IMG/VR virus record: IMGVR_UViG_3300009610_000003
Coordinates: 1 to 64,000 of that record
Strand: one strand, 5' to 3'
Source: a virus
DNA: 64,000 nucleotides
Shown here: one piece after another, positions 9,121-17,712 of the stretch
Numbering within the stretch: the first letter of the stretch is position 1
Layout of the letters: the number at the start of each line of letters is the position of its first letter
Made by a program: the position numbers and the translations under genes
The notes under the pieces: generated by a model
Seen by the model: the letters and a program-made list of their open reading frames with translations, nothing else
What the model was told of the DNA's origin: nothing
Database searches by the model: none

Positions 9121-10166
9121 TACAGCATGACCTCCTTCTTGGCCTTGGCGTAGCGCACCGCTGCCGTCATGTAATCGATCTTGTACTCGGCATGGCAGCG
9201 GCAGTTGATAACGTCTTCCGGGAACGCGCCATGCGCACGGTCGCCGGGGTGCATCATCTTCGCCCCCGTCTCGGGCGAGATGAACGGCTGCTGGTAGGCC
9301 ACCTTCTTGCCGTGCAGGATGTAATGGCTGCGCCGCTCGCGCCCGTCGCGGTTGGTGCGCCAGATTTTCATCACGTCTTGTTCCCGCACCTTGCCGGTTT
9401 CGATCATCTGCCGGATGCTCTCGGCTTGGCCAGCGTGCAGGGAAAGGATCGTCTCGGTGCGTGCAATATTCTCGCCCCGAAGCTGCAAGAGGCTGTCGGA
9501 ATAGCGACCCACCATCTTGGTCACGTCTTCGGCCTTCAGCGCTGTGCCGCTGGCAAGCGCCCGCAGCACCTTGGGGTCGAAGCGGGCGTCACGGCGCTCT
9601 CGCGTGAGATAGTTGCGCAAGAGCGCCGGGTCGCCCGAGAGAAGTTCCAGCTTGGCGTTCATGACGTATTTCGCCATGGCGGGTGTCAACCCTACTAGGC
9701 CACCTTCTCGCCTTCCCGTGCGGGCGCTGACGCGCCCCACGATGTCCAGCGCCGTGGTGCGGGGGCCTTGCCCAAGCGAAATACCGATTGAAAGGGTTTC
9801 GCGCACGGCCTTGCGTGCGGTGTTGCTGAGATTGACGACCAGCTTGCTGCTTTCCACCCGCAGCCATTCCTCAGCCGGGGGCGAGCGCACGTTGAAGCGG
9901 AAGACGATGCGGGCACGTGCCGCCTCAGAGGTCAGCACGGCAGCGTACTTGTAGACATCGGCCACGGCGTCGGCGACCCCGGAAAAGACCACCGGGTCAA
10001 GGTTGAGCATCGACAGCGCATGTTCAATGTTGCCGGTCGCGATGGCCTCTTCCAACGTCTTGACCACCGTCTCGTCGGTGATGTCGTCAATGGCGTCAAG
10101 GAACGCCTGCCGCACCTGCGGCTCCATCTGGTCGATTAGTTCTTGCAGGGAACTGGGCAGCGCCAT
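9120..10166 (-). CDS. MuF/SPP1 gp7-like minor head protein
   Basis: IARTET, KIW...DGRER.SH and HPGD...INCRC motifs. Confidence 0.88.
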   Translation of the reverse strand: MALPSSLQELIDQMEPQVRQAFLDAIDDITDETVVKTLEEAIATGNIEHALSMLNLDPVVFSGVADAVADVYKYAAVLTSEAARARIVFRFNVRSPPAEEWLRVESSKLVVNLSNTARKAVRETLSIGISLGQGPRTTALDIVGRVSARTGRREGGLVGLTPAMAKYVMNAKLELLSGDPALLRNYLTRERRDARFDPKVLRALASGTALKAEDVTKMVGRYSDSLLQLRGENIARTETILSLHAGQAESIRQMIETGKVREQDVMKIWRTNRDGRERRSHYILHGKKVAYQQPFISPETGAKMMHPGDRAHGAFPEDVINCRCHAEYKIDYMTAAVRYAKAKKEVML

Positions 10167-10540
10167 TACGACCCCACCACCAGCTTGTAGACGATGATGA
10201 CGCCTGCTTCCGGCACCCGCGTCGCGCGCTTGATGACCGTGGGCTCGCCGTCGATGAACAACCTGTCGCTCACATGCGGGATGATGCCCGCCGGTAGGGA
10301 CAAGGCCGGGATGATCACCTGTCTGTCGGTCGCCAGCACGGTCGTGCCATCGACCAGCCTGCGGTCAATCGGCGTGACCGTTCCGATGACCGAGGTCGTA
10401 TTGATGGTGGGTGTATCGCCGGGGTCCCACGGAATGCTGACTGTCCGCGTTTGCTGTTCCAGAACGAGCGCGCCCTGCTGAAACTCATCGATAATGCCAT
10501 GAGCGATATTGGCCATGTCTTGATAGAAAGCGCCGCTCAT
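10166..10540 (-). CDS. head-tail joining (closure) protein
   Basis: start MSGAFYQD overlaps the upstream stop; VDGTTVLATD motif; position. Confidence 0.65.
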   Translation of the reverse strand: MSGAFYQDMANIAHGIIDEFQQGALVLEQQTRTVSIPWDPGDTPTINTTSVIGTVTPIDRRLVDGTTVLATDRQVIIPALSLPAGIIPHVSDRLFIDGEPTVIKRATRVPEAGVIIVYKLVVGS

Positions 10541-11040
10541 GCGCGTTTCAGCCACTTGGTCATGCTGCGGCCCTGCGCGGCTCCACTGCCGCCCAGCAGG
10601 CACGCCAGCATATTGTCCACAACGGTCAGGGTCGGCACCTGACTGGCCACCACGTCGCCACCCTTGCCCGTGGCATAGGTGACCGATACAGCCCCACTGA
10701 CGCTGACCGAGGTCTTGACCTGCCCGGCTACGACATCCGGCGAAAGCGAGTTGGGCGCGCTCAGTTCGCGCAGCGCGCCCTCATAAGTGGCCCGCTCGAT
10801 TTCCGCCGGTATCTCGTCGGGGGGTATCGTCTGGCCCTTACAGTCAACGGCCCCTGTACGGGGCCAGCCAAGTTCCTGTGCGCGGCCATCGGTGGGCACG
10901 CCGGGATAGCGTGCCCCATAGGTGTTGTCCAACCACAGCGTGGCCCGCTCAAGCGCCGGGTCTACCTCGCCCGCACTGGGCATGTACCCCATGCGGATGC
11001 AGTAGGCTTCGAAGTCGGCTTCAGTGCCGTAGTGGGCCAT
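10537..11040 (-). CDS. head-tail adaptor (DnaT-like family of phage connectors)
   Basis: ALERATLWLD...QELGWPR...IPAEIERATYE motif. Confidence 0.75.
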   Translation of the reverse strand: MAHYGTEADFEAYCIRMGYMPSAGEVDPALERATLWLDNTYGARYPGVPTDGRAQELGWPRTGAVDCKGQTIPPDEIPAEIERATYEGALRELSAPNSLSPDVVAGQVKTSVSVSGAVSVTYATGKGGDVVASQVPTLTVVDNMLACLLGGSGAAQGRSMTKWLKRA

Positions 11041-11046
11041 GACACC

Positions 11047-11646
11047 TTACTTTTTCGCGTTGCTCGGCGGGGCCGCTGCCGTGGTCTTGGGCACCTTCTT
11101 CTCGGTGCTGGCGCTCTTCGCGTTCCCCCGGACACCGGCCCCGTCGCCCGCTTCCGGGGGATCGTCATCGTCGTCTTCGAAGGCATCCCAAGGAAGCTGC
11201 TCTTCCTCAGCCGCTTCGACTTCGGCCTTGGTCGGGCCTTCGCCTTCCACACTGGTTTTCTTCACCAGCTTTTCGGAAGCCGTGCCCTTGGTCGGGATGC
11301 GGTCGCGCAGGCGCTCAAGTGTCGATTTCGGCTTGCCCTGCGGGTCTTCAACGTGCCTGCGGCCAACGAGGTCGCGCACGTGGTCAAGGCGCAGCGGCAG
11401 GTCTACCGGGTCGCCTTCCTTGGTGTTCTCGGCAAGACCGGCGACGACCTTCTCGCCAATCTTCTTGACGCCTTCGATCATCTGTTCGCGGATGGCGACG
11501 ACATCCTCTTCCGCCTCTTCGCGGAAGTCGTCCACCATGCGGAAAGAGGTCTGGTGCATCTTGTTCCACGCATCGAACCGCTTCGCCTCAAGCTCAAGCT
11601 CGGGAAGCTGCGACACGCGGGCACGGCTAAAAGCTGACAGGCCCAT
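11047..11646 (-). CDS. hypothetical acidic protein downstream of the capsid gene
   Basis: 199-aa ORF in operon orientation; AGGA upstream. Confidence 0.6.
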   Translation of the reverse strand: MGLSAFSRARVSQLPELELEAKRFDAWNKMHQTSFRMVDDFREEAEEDVVAIREQMIEGVKKIGEKVVAGLAENTKEGDPVDLPLRLDHVRDLVGRRHVEDPQGKPKSTLERLRDRIPTKGTASEKLVKKTSVEGEGPTKAEVEAAEEEQLPWDAFEDDDDDPPEAGDGAGVRGNAKSASTEKKVPKTTAAAPPSNAKK

Positions 11647-11676
11647 GGCTGGGTTTCCTTTCCTGTTATTGAGCAG

Positions 11677-11709
11677 GGGGAACCGGTGGGAGTGATCCCG
11701 GTTCCCCCC
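11677..11709 (-). terminator. hairpin downstream of the major capsid gene
   Basis: GGGGAACCGG...CCGGTTCCCC stem; no strong U-tract. Confidence 0.4.
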
Positions 11710-11754
11710 ATCGCTTACGGGTCAACGACGAGGAAGATTGCCGCGAGCGAAACC

Positions 11755-12708
11755 TTACGCCAGCTTGTGCTTGAACTGGACGATACGGATGTTCTTGTTC
11801 TCGTACCGGCGGTTCCAGTTCGTGCCGACCGTTAGCTCAACGTTGGTCGGTGCGACACCCGTCGCCGTGCCGACCCACGCGACGCCGCGCGGGTGCATGA
11901 CGAAGTGCCGACGATTGATCAGGATGTCCTCGCCAGCGAGGCTATCGCGATCAGTCTCGGTCGGGGTCGGTGCGCCGCCGTCCGCGTAGCCGATAGCGCC
12001 AGCGCCGAACAGGTAGCTGGTGTACACGCCGGTCGCAACCGGCATCCCATCGTCCACGATCACCCGCTTGCCCATGTAATAGGGCAGGGTCGGGTTGCCG
12101 TCGCGGTCTTCCTTGAAGTCGATGAGGCCCTGCTTGACCAGCACGGCCACCGTGGCCGAGTGCATGGCGAAAGCGGTCAACTGGGCAGCGGCGTCGCCCA
12201 GCTTGTAGATGGCGTCCACCACGCTGTCGCCACCGATGACGGCGGCTGCGCCCGCGCCTGCGGAGATGTCGTGGATGTTGCCCGACATGCTGGCGGCCTT
12301 GAAGATGCCTTCCAGAATGGACAGCACCATCGCCTGCCAGCGGCGTGACCAGTATGCGCCAACCAGCCCGGCGATTTCCCGCATCGGGTCATCGCCCGAA
12401 AGGGCTTCGGCGAGGTCGTTGACACCCCACGCCTTGCCGCGAGCGTGCAGCACGGCGATGTCCTGCGCCGAGGTGATCTTATCGACGCCCAGCGGCACGA
12501 CATCGGACAAAATCTCTTCGACGCCGGTCAGGTCCTTCCAGAACGGCATGGCGAGCGTGGTGCCGCCTTTCATGCCGAACACGTTCAGTTCGCCGACCGT
12601 CTGGATAATGCCGCTCTCGTAGAAAGCGGACAAGGCGGTCGTGCGTTCAACCACGTAGGGGTTGAAGATTGCGGGGACGATGACATCAGCAATTTTTGTA
12701 GCGGCCAT
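11755..12708 (-). CDS. major capsid protein (SPP1 gp13-like)
   Basis: TKIADVIVP..F, MPFW.DL, LSGDDPM, AMHS, YMGKRVIVDD and MHPRG motifs; GAGGAGG ribosome binding site. Confidence 0.9.
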   Translation of the reverse strand: MAATKIADVIVPAIFNPYVVERTTALSAFYESGIIQTVGELNVFGMKGGTTLAMPFWKDLTGVEEILSDVVPLGVDKITSAQDIAVLHARGKAWGVNDLAEALSGDDPMREIAGLVGAYWSRRWQAMVLSILEGIFKAASMSGNIHDISAGAGAAAVIGGDSVVDAIYKLGDAAAQLTAFAMHSATVAVLVKQGLIDFKEDRDGNPTLPYYMGKRVIVDDGMPVATGVYTSYLFGAGAIGYADGGAPTPTETDRDSLAGEDILINRRHFVMHPRGVAWVGTATGVAPTNVELTVGTNWNRRYENKNIRIVQFKHKLA

Positions 12709-12749
12709 AGGTGCAGTCCTCCTCAGTTGGCCATGGGGTTAAGCATGAA

Positions 12750-12857
12750 CCAACCGAAGTCATTGACCGTCCGGCTGGGGGGGACACTTCGTTCTGCCAT
12801 TAGCCGAGAACGAATGTACCTATGTTTATTGGTCGCCCGCCATTAGCCGAGGCAACC
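12750..12857 (-). promoter_or_regulatory. three tandem bulged RNA hairpins in the scaffold-capsid intergenic region
   Basis: stem-CG bulge-3 bp stem-AAU loop at 12831-12857, 12788-12814 and 12750-12778, each with a different lower stem. Confidence 0.7.
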
Positions 12858-12858
12858 C

Positions 12859-13698
12859 TTACGCAGCAAGAATTCTATCGATTTCCGACTGCGTGCGCCC
12901 CGCTGCTTTCATGAAGCGGCGGGCCTTGTCCTTATCGGATTTGATAATGCGGCCCTGTTCCGTCATGTTGAAGGCTTCCTTCGACCACGGATTTATTTCA
13001 GAACCCCGACCGTTGCCAGACCCATGGCTTCCTGAGCCTTTGGCTGGCATGACGAACGGTTTACCATCGTCCGACTTAGACCAATTTTCCACGAATTTGT
13101 CGATATCTACTTCACCGAGGTCGGTGTCAACGACTGCGTGGCGCTTGCCATCGTCGCCCTTGCGCACCTTCACGGAACTGCGGAGCAGGGCGCGGGTCGC
13201 GCCCATGAATTCCTTGGCGATGCCGCTCTTGACCAAAGCTTCGGTCAGGCCGCCGTCCACAAGCGTCGCGTGGATAAGATCGTCGCGTTCCTTGATTTCC
13301 TCTTCCTTGGCCCGCAGGTCGGCCAGCCGCTTGGCCTCAGCGTCGCGCAGGCGCTGCTCGTAGCGCTCGCGTTCCTTCTGAAGCTTCTGCTCGGTGTCCT
13401 TGTCGCGATTGGGGTCGTTCTTCAGCGTCTCAAGCTCGGCGGTGATGTCCGCATAGCGCGCCGGGTCGAAGTCGTCGGGCAGACCTGCGGTCTTGGCTTC
13501 CAGATTGGTGACCCTGTCCTGAAGGGTCTTCTTTTCCCGCTTGAGCGTAGCCAAAGCCGTGGTCAGTGAATGCAGGGAGGTGTGGGCGGTGAGGGTGTTG
13601 TCCAGATCAAGATAGAACTTGCCGTCCTTCTCGACATACTCACCGGCCAAAGCCGCAGGAATATCTTCGGCTTTCTCAATGACCGCACGCAGTGCCAC
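12859..13698 (-). CDS. capsid scaffolding protein
   Basis: EYVEKDGKFYLD start, coiled coil, GSGS linker and NPWSKEAFNMTEQG end; immediately upstream of the capsid gene. Confidence 0.85.
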   Translation of the reverse strand: MALRAVIEKAEDIPAALAGEYVEKDGKFYLDLDNTLTAHTSLHSLTTALATLKREKKTLQDRVTNLEAKTAGLPDDFDPARYADITAELETLKNDPNRDKDTEQKLQKERERYEQRLRDAEAKRLADLRAKEEEIKERDDLIHATLVDGGLTEALVKSGIAKEFMGATRALLRSSVKVRKGDDGKRHAVVDTDLGEVDIDKFVENWSKSDDGKPFVMPAKGSGSHGSGNGRGSEINPWSKEAFNMTEQGRIIKSDKDKARRFMKAAGRTQSEIDRILAA

Positions 13699-13712
13699 GC
13701 TATCAATTCTCC

Positions 13713-13877
13713 CTAAGTCGTGGGCTCGTCGTCGCCTTCCACAGGCTCGTCGTCACCCTCTACAGGCTCGTCGTCGCCTTCCACCGGCTCGTCGTCGCCC
13801 TCTTCGGGCTCGGGCTCAGGCTTGCGCTTGGGTTCCTTCACCTCATCATCGTCGTCGCGAACACCGGGACGGCCCAT
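13713..13877 (-). CDS. 54-aa acidic peptide with four EGDDEP(V) repeats
   Basis: hand translation MGRPGVRDDDEVKEPKRKPEPEPEEGDDEPVEGDDEPVEGDDEPVEGDDEPTT; 21-bp tandem repeat; AAGGGG upstream. Confidence 0.55.
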   Translation of the reverse strand: MGRPGVRDDDDEVKEPKRKPEPEPEEGDDEPVEGDDEPVEGDDEPVEGDDEPTT

Positions 13878-13945
13878 GAGAAATTCCCCTTCAAATGCAC
13901 CTGATTGGAAGCGTGCGAAACATACGCTTCAAGCCCTTGCTTTGG

Positions 13946-14170
13946 CTAGGGCTTTTTTTGCTTCTTCAAGTGGGGGTTCTCTTCGCCCTGATAGGCCAGC
14001 TTGTTGGGGTCGCCTTCGGGGTCGTCATTGACCAGTTGCTCGCCCGGATTGAGCGGCACAATGCCGTCAAGTGTCCAGTCGCCGAACCGCTCGGAACCGG
14101 GGTAAGGCTCAGGTGCGGGCGGCAGGTCGGTGAAGAACTGTCTTTGGGTCGATACGGGTTTCTTGGCCAT
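13946..14170 (-). CDS. hypothetical protein
   Basis: 74 aa with AAGGA ribosome binding site and a candidate promoter at 14206-14234. Confidence 0.6.
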   Translation of the reverse strand: MAKKPVSTQRQFFTDLPPAPEPYPGSERFGDWTLDGIVPLNPGEQLVNDDPEGDPNKLAYQGEENPHLKKQKKP

Positions 14171-14205
14171 GCTGTTCCTTTCATTCGGGGTTGGGTTGAC
14201 CCCTA

Positions 14206-14234
14206 GATATACGATCCTTTATGCATTTCCGCCA
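14206..14234 (-). promoter_or_regulatory. AAGGATCGTA-class promoter
   Basis: TGGCGG-aaatgcataAAGGATCG-TATATC, 17-nt spacer. Confidence 0.55.
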
Positions 14235-17200
14235 GCATTGCTCACGATTTCCACGTCGATGACATCGATCTTGCTGTACCCGCCGACCTCCATGTTCTCG
14301 GTGGTGCTGATGTATTTGAAGCGCGTGCCGCGCGCGGCAATCACCTCCGCTTCATCGGCCATCGCCGACGAGACGGTGCTGCGTCGGCTGATGAACGCCG
14401 CCTTGGTGCCCGCAGGCACGCGCACGCGGAACAGCACCTTGTTGCCGGTGATCGTTGACCGACCGGCAAAGGTATTCAGCGAGACGTTGGGGTTGTGTGA
14501 CATGCTGGCATAGCCCATGTCGGGGAATTCCAGCGGGGGCGGGATGTTGTTCAGGTCACCGGTCGAACTGATGCCACGCCACATGATGGCGTCTTCCTTG
14601 GTCTTGTTCATGATGCTGTCCAGCGTCATGACGTGCTTCTTGCTGATCGGCCCCAAGGCATCGAAACCCTGCTTGCGCAGCGTCCTGTTCATCTCCCCGT
14701 AGCCGCTGGCCGTGTAATACTGCACCGCCTGCGTGCTGACGCCATTGAACGGGAGGTTCACGGCCTTCCGGGTTTCTTCCATGATGATCGATTTGTTCGA
14801 CGCCTTCAGGTCGGTTATGCCTGCCGCCTTGCCCCAGCGGGTCGTGTTGTCCTTCCATGGCGCAGGCTTCACTAGCTGCTCGTAATGCACCTTGTACTTG
14901 CTGGCCTTGGCCGCCTGTTCCGCCGCTGCCTTCGTCTGCGCTTCCGCCGCCTGCGTCTGAGCGAACTTGGCCTTTTGGGCCTCAACCGCCGCCTTTTGCT
15001 CGGGCGAAACGAACTTGACGTGCCCGTCATCGACCATCTGCTGAAGAGCAGCTTTCTGCTGGTCTTTGGTCAGCGTGGTCGATTGGAAATATTTCTCGAT
15101 GGTCTTGGTCTTGCTGCCCCCGGTCGTCTTTTCGATATTGTAGAATTTCTTGTATTCGTTCGTGCCGTCCTTGTAGGGGTTGCTCGGCTTGGTGACCGTC
15201 ACGTCCCACTTGGCATAGTCCGCTTCCGGGATGTCCGCGAGCTTGGTGATGACCTTGGGCACGTTGGTCACCATCTGCGGGGCGGTGGAAGAGCCCATCT
15301 TGACGATGTGCAGGGCACCCCCGGCAACGGCTGTGTCTATAAAATCGTCTATGTCCTTGTCGGTCGGATTGTGAAGCTGCTTCTTCAACATCGCCTTGTA
15401 CTCAGCGACGTTGTACTGATCCGCATATGTCCCCGGCCCGGTCTTGATGACGGCATCGTCGGCCAGACCGCCGGGGGTCTTCTTCATGGCAACCGCAGAA
15501 GGTCCGGGCGGCACCTTGCCGGGTTTGCTGGTGATCGCGCCTGACGAAAGGAAACCTTCCAAAGCGGTATCGGGGTCACCGTGCCCGGCACCCGACCACA
15601 TCTTTTTCCACTCGGTCACCGTGTATTTGTTGCCGAGGCTGGTCGTCAGGATGTCGTCATCGGCGAGCTTCGCCACGGTGGGGTTCTGCGGGGCGGCAGG
15701 CGCAGGTGCTGGCTCTGGGGGCTTGGGTGCAGGGGCCGGTGCTGGCGCGGGCTCTGCGGGCTTCGGGGCAGGCGCTGGCGCAGGCTCTGCGGGCTTCGGT
15801 GCGGGGGCCGGTGCTGGCTTGGGCGCAGGGGCCGGTGTGGCGGGCGCGATCTTGATCGCGCCACTCGTCACATACTTGTCCAAGGCGGCGTCAGCGTTAT
15901 CCGACCCGCCCCAGTAATTCTTCTTCCATTCGGCCACCGTGGATTTTTCACCCGTGCTGTCGATTGTCACGATGTCGTCGTTCTTGAATTTCGACACCGG
16001 CTTCTGGCCTGCGATTGGCGCAGGCTCGGGGGCAGGTTTCGGGGCTGGCTGTGCAACCTTCGCGGGCGGTGCCGCCTTCGGCACGAACTGCAACAGATCG
16101 TCGTCTATCTGCTCATTCAAAATCTGGTCGGCGTCGGCGTCGTCTATGCCCTCTTTGATCTTGTAGTCGGCGACCGTGTACTTGTTGCCAAGCCACGTCT
16201 CCACCACGTCATCGTCCTTGAATTTGATCGCGGATTTCGCGGGCGTATCGGGGGCTGGCCCGGTGGGCTTCGCCTTCACCGTCCATGCGCCCGTGGCGAT
16301 CTTCTCATCGAAGGCATTCACCGAGGCCATATCGCCTTTCTTGAGGTCACCGGCCTTGTACTCGGTGCCGAACGGCGAAACGACGATGTCGTTATCGTCC
16401 AGATCGGCGAGGCCCTTCTTCGTCGTCGCCGAGGCCGCCGCAGGCTCGCCCAGCCCCGTCTGCATCTTCGCGGTCGTCAGGCCCATCTGCTTGGCCGTCG
16501 CTTCGAAGTCGTCGTGGTTCTGCCCCGGCTGGAACGGGTTCTTGGTGATGACCCCCAGCTTCTGGTCGTTCGACTGCATGTGCGCGGCGAGCGTGCCGGG
16601 GGTCAGCGTGCCTGCCTTCATGGCGGCCAGATCGGCGGGGTGGTGGACGGTGATGAACCCCTTCTTGATGTCGTACATGATATGCTCTTGGCCCTTGGCC
16701 TTGCCGCCCACGGCGGCATGGAACTGGCCAACGGTCATGCCGTCCTTGTACTGCGCGAAATCGGCGTTCGCCTTGGTGCCCGGCTTCTTCGGGTTGTGCG
16801 GCACCTGCATCGTGATGATGTCGTTCTCTTTGATGCCCTTGATCTTGCTGGTGATCAGATAATCCGACTTCTTCAGCAGGCTCGGCTCAGCCGACGAGCC
16901 GAACTGCTGGCCCGTGGGTGATGTCAGGAAGTTCTTCGGCGCTGGCGCTGCGGGGGCAGGCGCGGGCGCTGGCGCGGGTTGACCCGGAACCTGCGGTTTG
17001 GGTGCTTCCGCCCCCGGAAGCGCGTCAGCGGGCTTGGCAAGCTGTGTGACGGCAGGCATCGGCGGCTTGCCGAGGCCCGCGCCGGGTCGTTGCGCAAGCT
17101 GCACCGGGTCATGGACGGTGATGAAACCCTTCTTGAGGTCGTAGGCCAGATGCTCGGGGGCTTTCGCCTTGCCCGCGCCACCCGTGGCGATGGCGGTCTT

Positions 17201-17500
17201 GAACTCGCCGACCGTCATGCCGTTCTTGTACATGGCGAAATCGGTCGCCGCCCCCGTTCCCGCCTTCTTCGGGTTCTCGGTGACGTGCAGCTTGATGATG
17301 TCGTCGTCCTTGATGCCCTTGGTCTTGCCCGGCCCGTAAGTCTCGGCCTTGAACGCCTCGCTGCCGGGCCGGTTTATGAACTGCCCGGTCTGCTGGTCAC
17401 GCTTGTGCTTCGCCTCGTCCCACTTGAACTTGGCGAGGCCCGCGCTCTTGGAAATCTTGCCCTTGGCCTTCGGCATCAGGCTCTTGGACAGGCGTGCCAT
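14219..17500 (-). CDS. multidomain protein with C-terminal VIP2/Alt-like ADP-ribosyltransferase
   Basis: YT..GY..MN..LR, MWRG, YASMS and EAEV (R-S-ExE) motifs; N-terminal KHKRD..GQF motif; internal repeats; start re-assigned to MARLSK. Confidence 0.85.
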   Translation of the reverse strand: MARLSKSLMPKAKGKISKSAGLAKFKWDEAKHKRDQQTGQFINRPGSEAFKAETYGPGKTKGIKDDDIIKLHVTENPKKAGTGAATDFAMYKNGMTVGEFKTAIATGGAGKAKAPEHLAYDLKKGFITVHDPVQLAQRPGAGLGKPPMPAVTQLAKPADALPGAEAPKPQVPGQPAPAPAPAPAAPAPKNFLTSPTGQQFGSSAEPSLLKKSDYLITSKIKGIKENDIITMQVPHNPKKPGTKANADFAQYKDGMTVGQFHAAVGGKAKGQEHIMYDIKKGFITVHHPADLAAMKAGTLTPGTLAAHMQSNDQKLGVITKNPFQPGQNHDDFEATAKQMGLTTAKMQTGLGEPAAASATTKKGLADLDDNDIVVSPFGTEYKAGDLKKGDMASVNAFDEKIATGAWTVKAKPTGPAPDTPAKSAIKFKDDDVVETWLGNKYTVADYKIKEGIDDADADQILNEQIDDDLLQFVPKAAPPAKVAQPAPKPAPEPAPIAGQKPVSKFKNDDIVTIDSTGEKSTVAEWKKNYWGGSDNADAALDKYVTSGAIKIAPATPAPAPKPAPAPAPKPAEPAPAPAPKPAEPAPAPAPAPKPPEPAPAPAAPQNPTVAKLADDDILTTSLGNKYTVTEWKKMWSGAGHGDPDTALEGFLSSGAITSKPGKVPPGPSAVAMKKTPGGLADDAVIKTGPGTYADQYNVAEYKAMLKKQLHNPTDKDIDDFIDTAVAGGALHIVKMGSSTAPQMVTNVPKVITKLADIPEADYAKWDVTVTKPSNPYKDGTNEYKKFYNIEKTTGGSKTKTIEKYFQSTTLTKDQQKAALQQMVDDGHVKFVSPEQKAAVEAQKAKFAQTQAAEAQTKAAAEQAAKASKYKVHYEQLVKPAPWKDNTTRWGKAAGITDLKASNKSIIMEETRKAVNLPFNGVSTQAVQYYTASGYGEMNRTLRKQGFDALGPISKKHVMTLDSIMNKTKEDAIMWRGISSTGDLNNIPPPLEFPDMGYASMSHNPNVSLNTFAGRSTITGNKVLFRVRVPAGTKAAFISRRSTVSSAMADEAEVIAARGTRFKYISTTENMEVGGYSKIDVIDVEIVSNAGGNA

Positions 17501-17712
17501 CAGACAAAAGCTTCCGGCAGTTCGAAGCCCAGCCACTTGGCGACATCGTCGTCGGTTATCTCATAGTGCCCTTCCTGCAATTGCGTGCCTGCGGGCAGCA
17601 TGGCCATCAACTCCTCACGCATCATCATGTCGTGGCCCAGCATCTCGGGCGAATGGATCAGCACGGGGTAAACCTCCTCCCGCACATCGGTGACGTGAAC
17701 CAGTGTCGTCAT
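17500..17712 (-). CDS. small acidic hypothetical protein
   Basis: 70 aa, overlaps both neighbours (translational coupling). Confidence 0.65.
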   Translation of the reverse strand: MTTLVHVTDVREEVYPVLIHSPEMLGHDMMMREELMAMLPAGTQLQEGHYEITDDDVAKWLGFELPEAFV

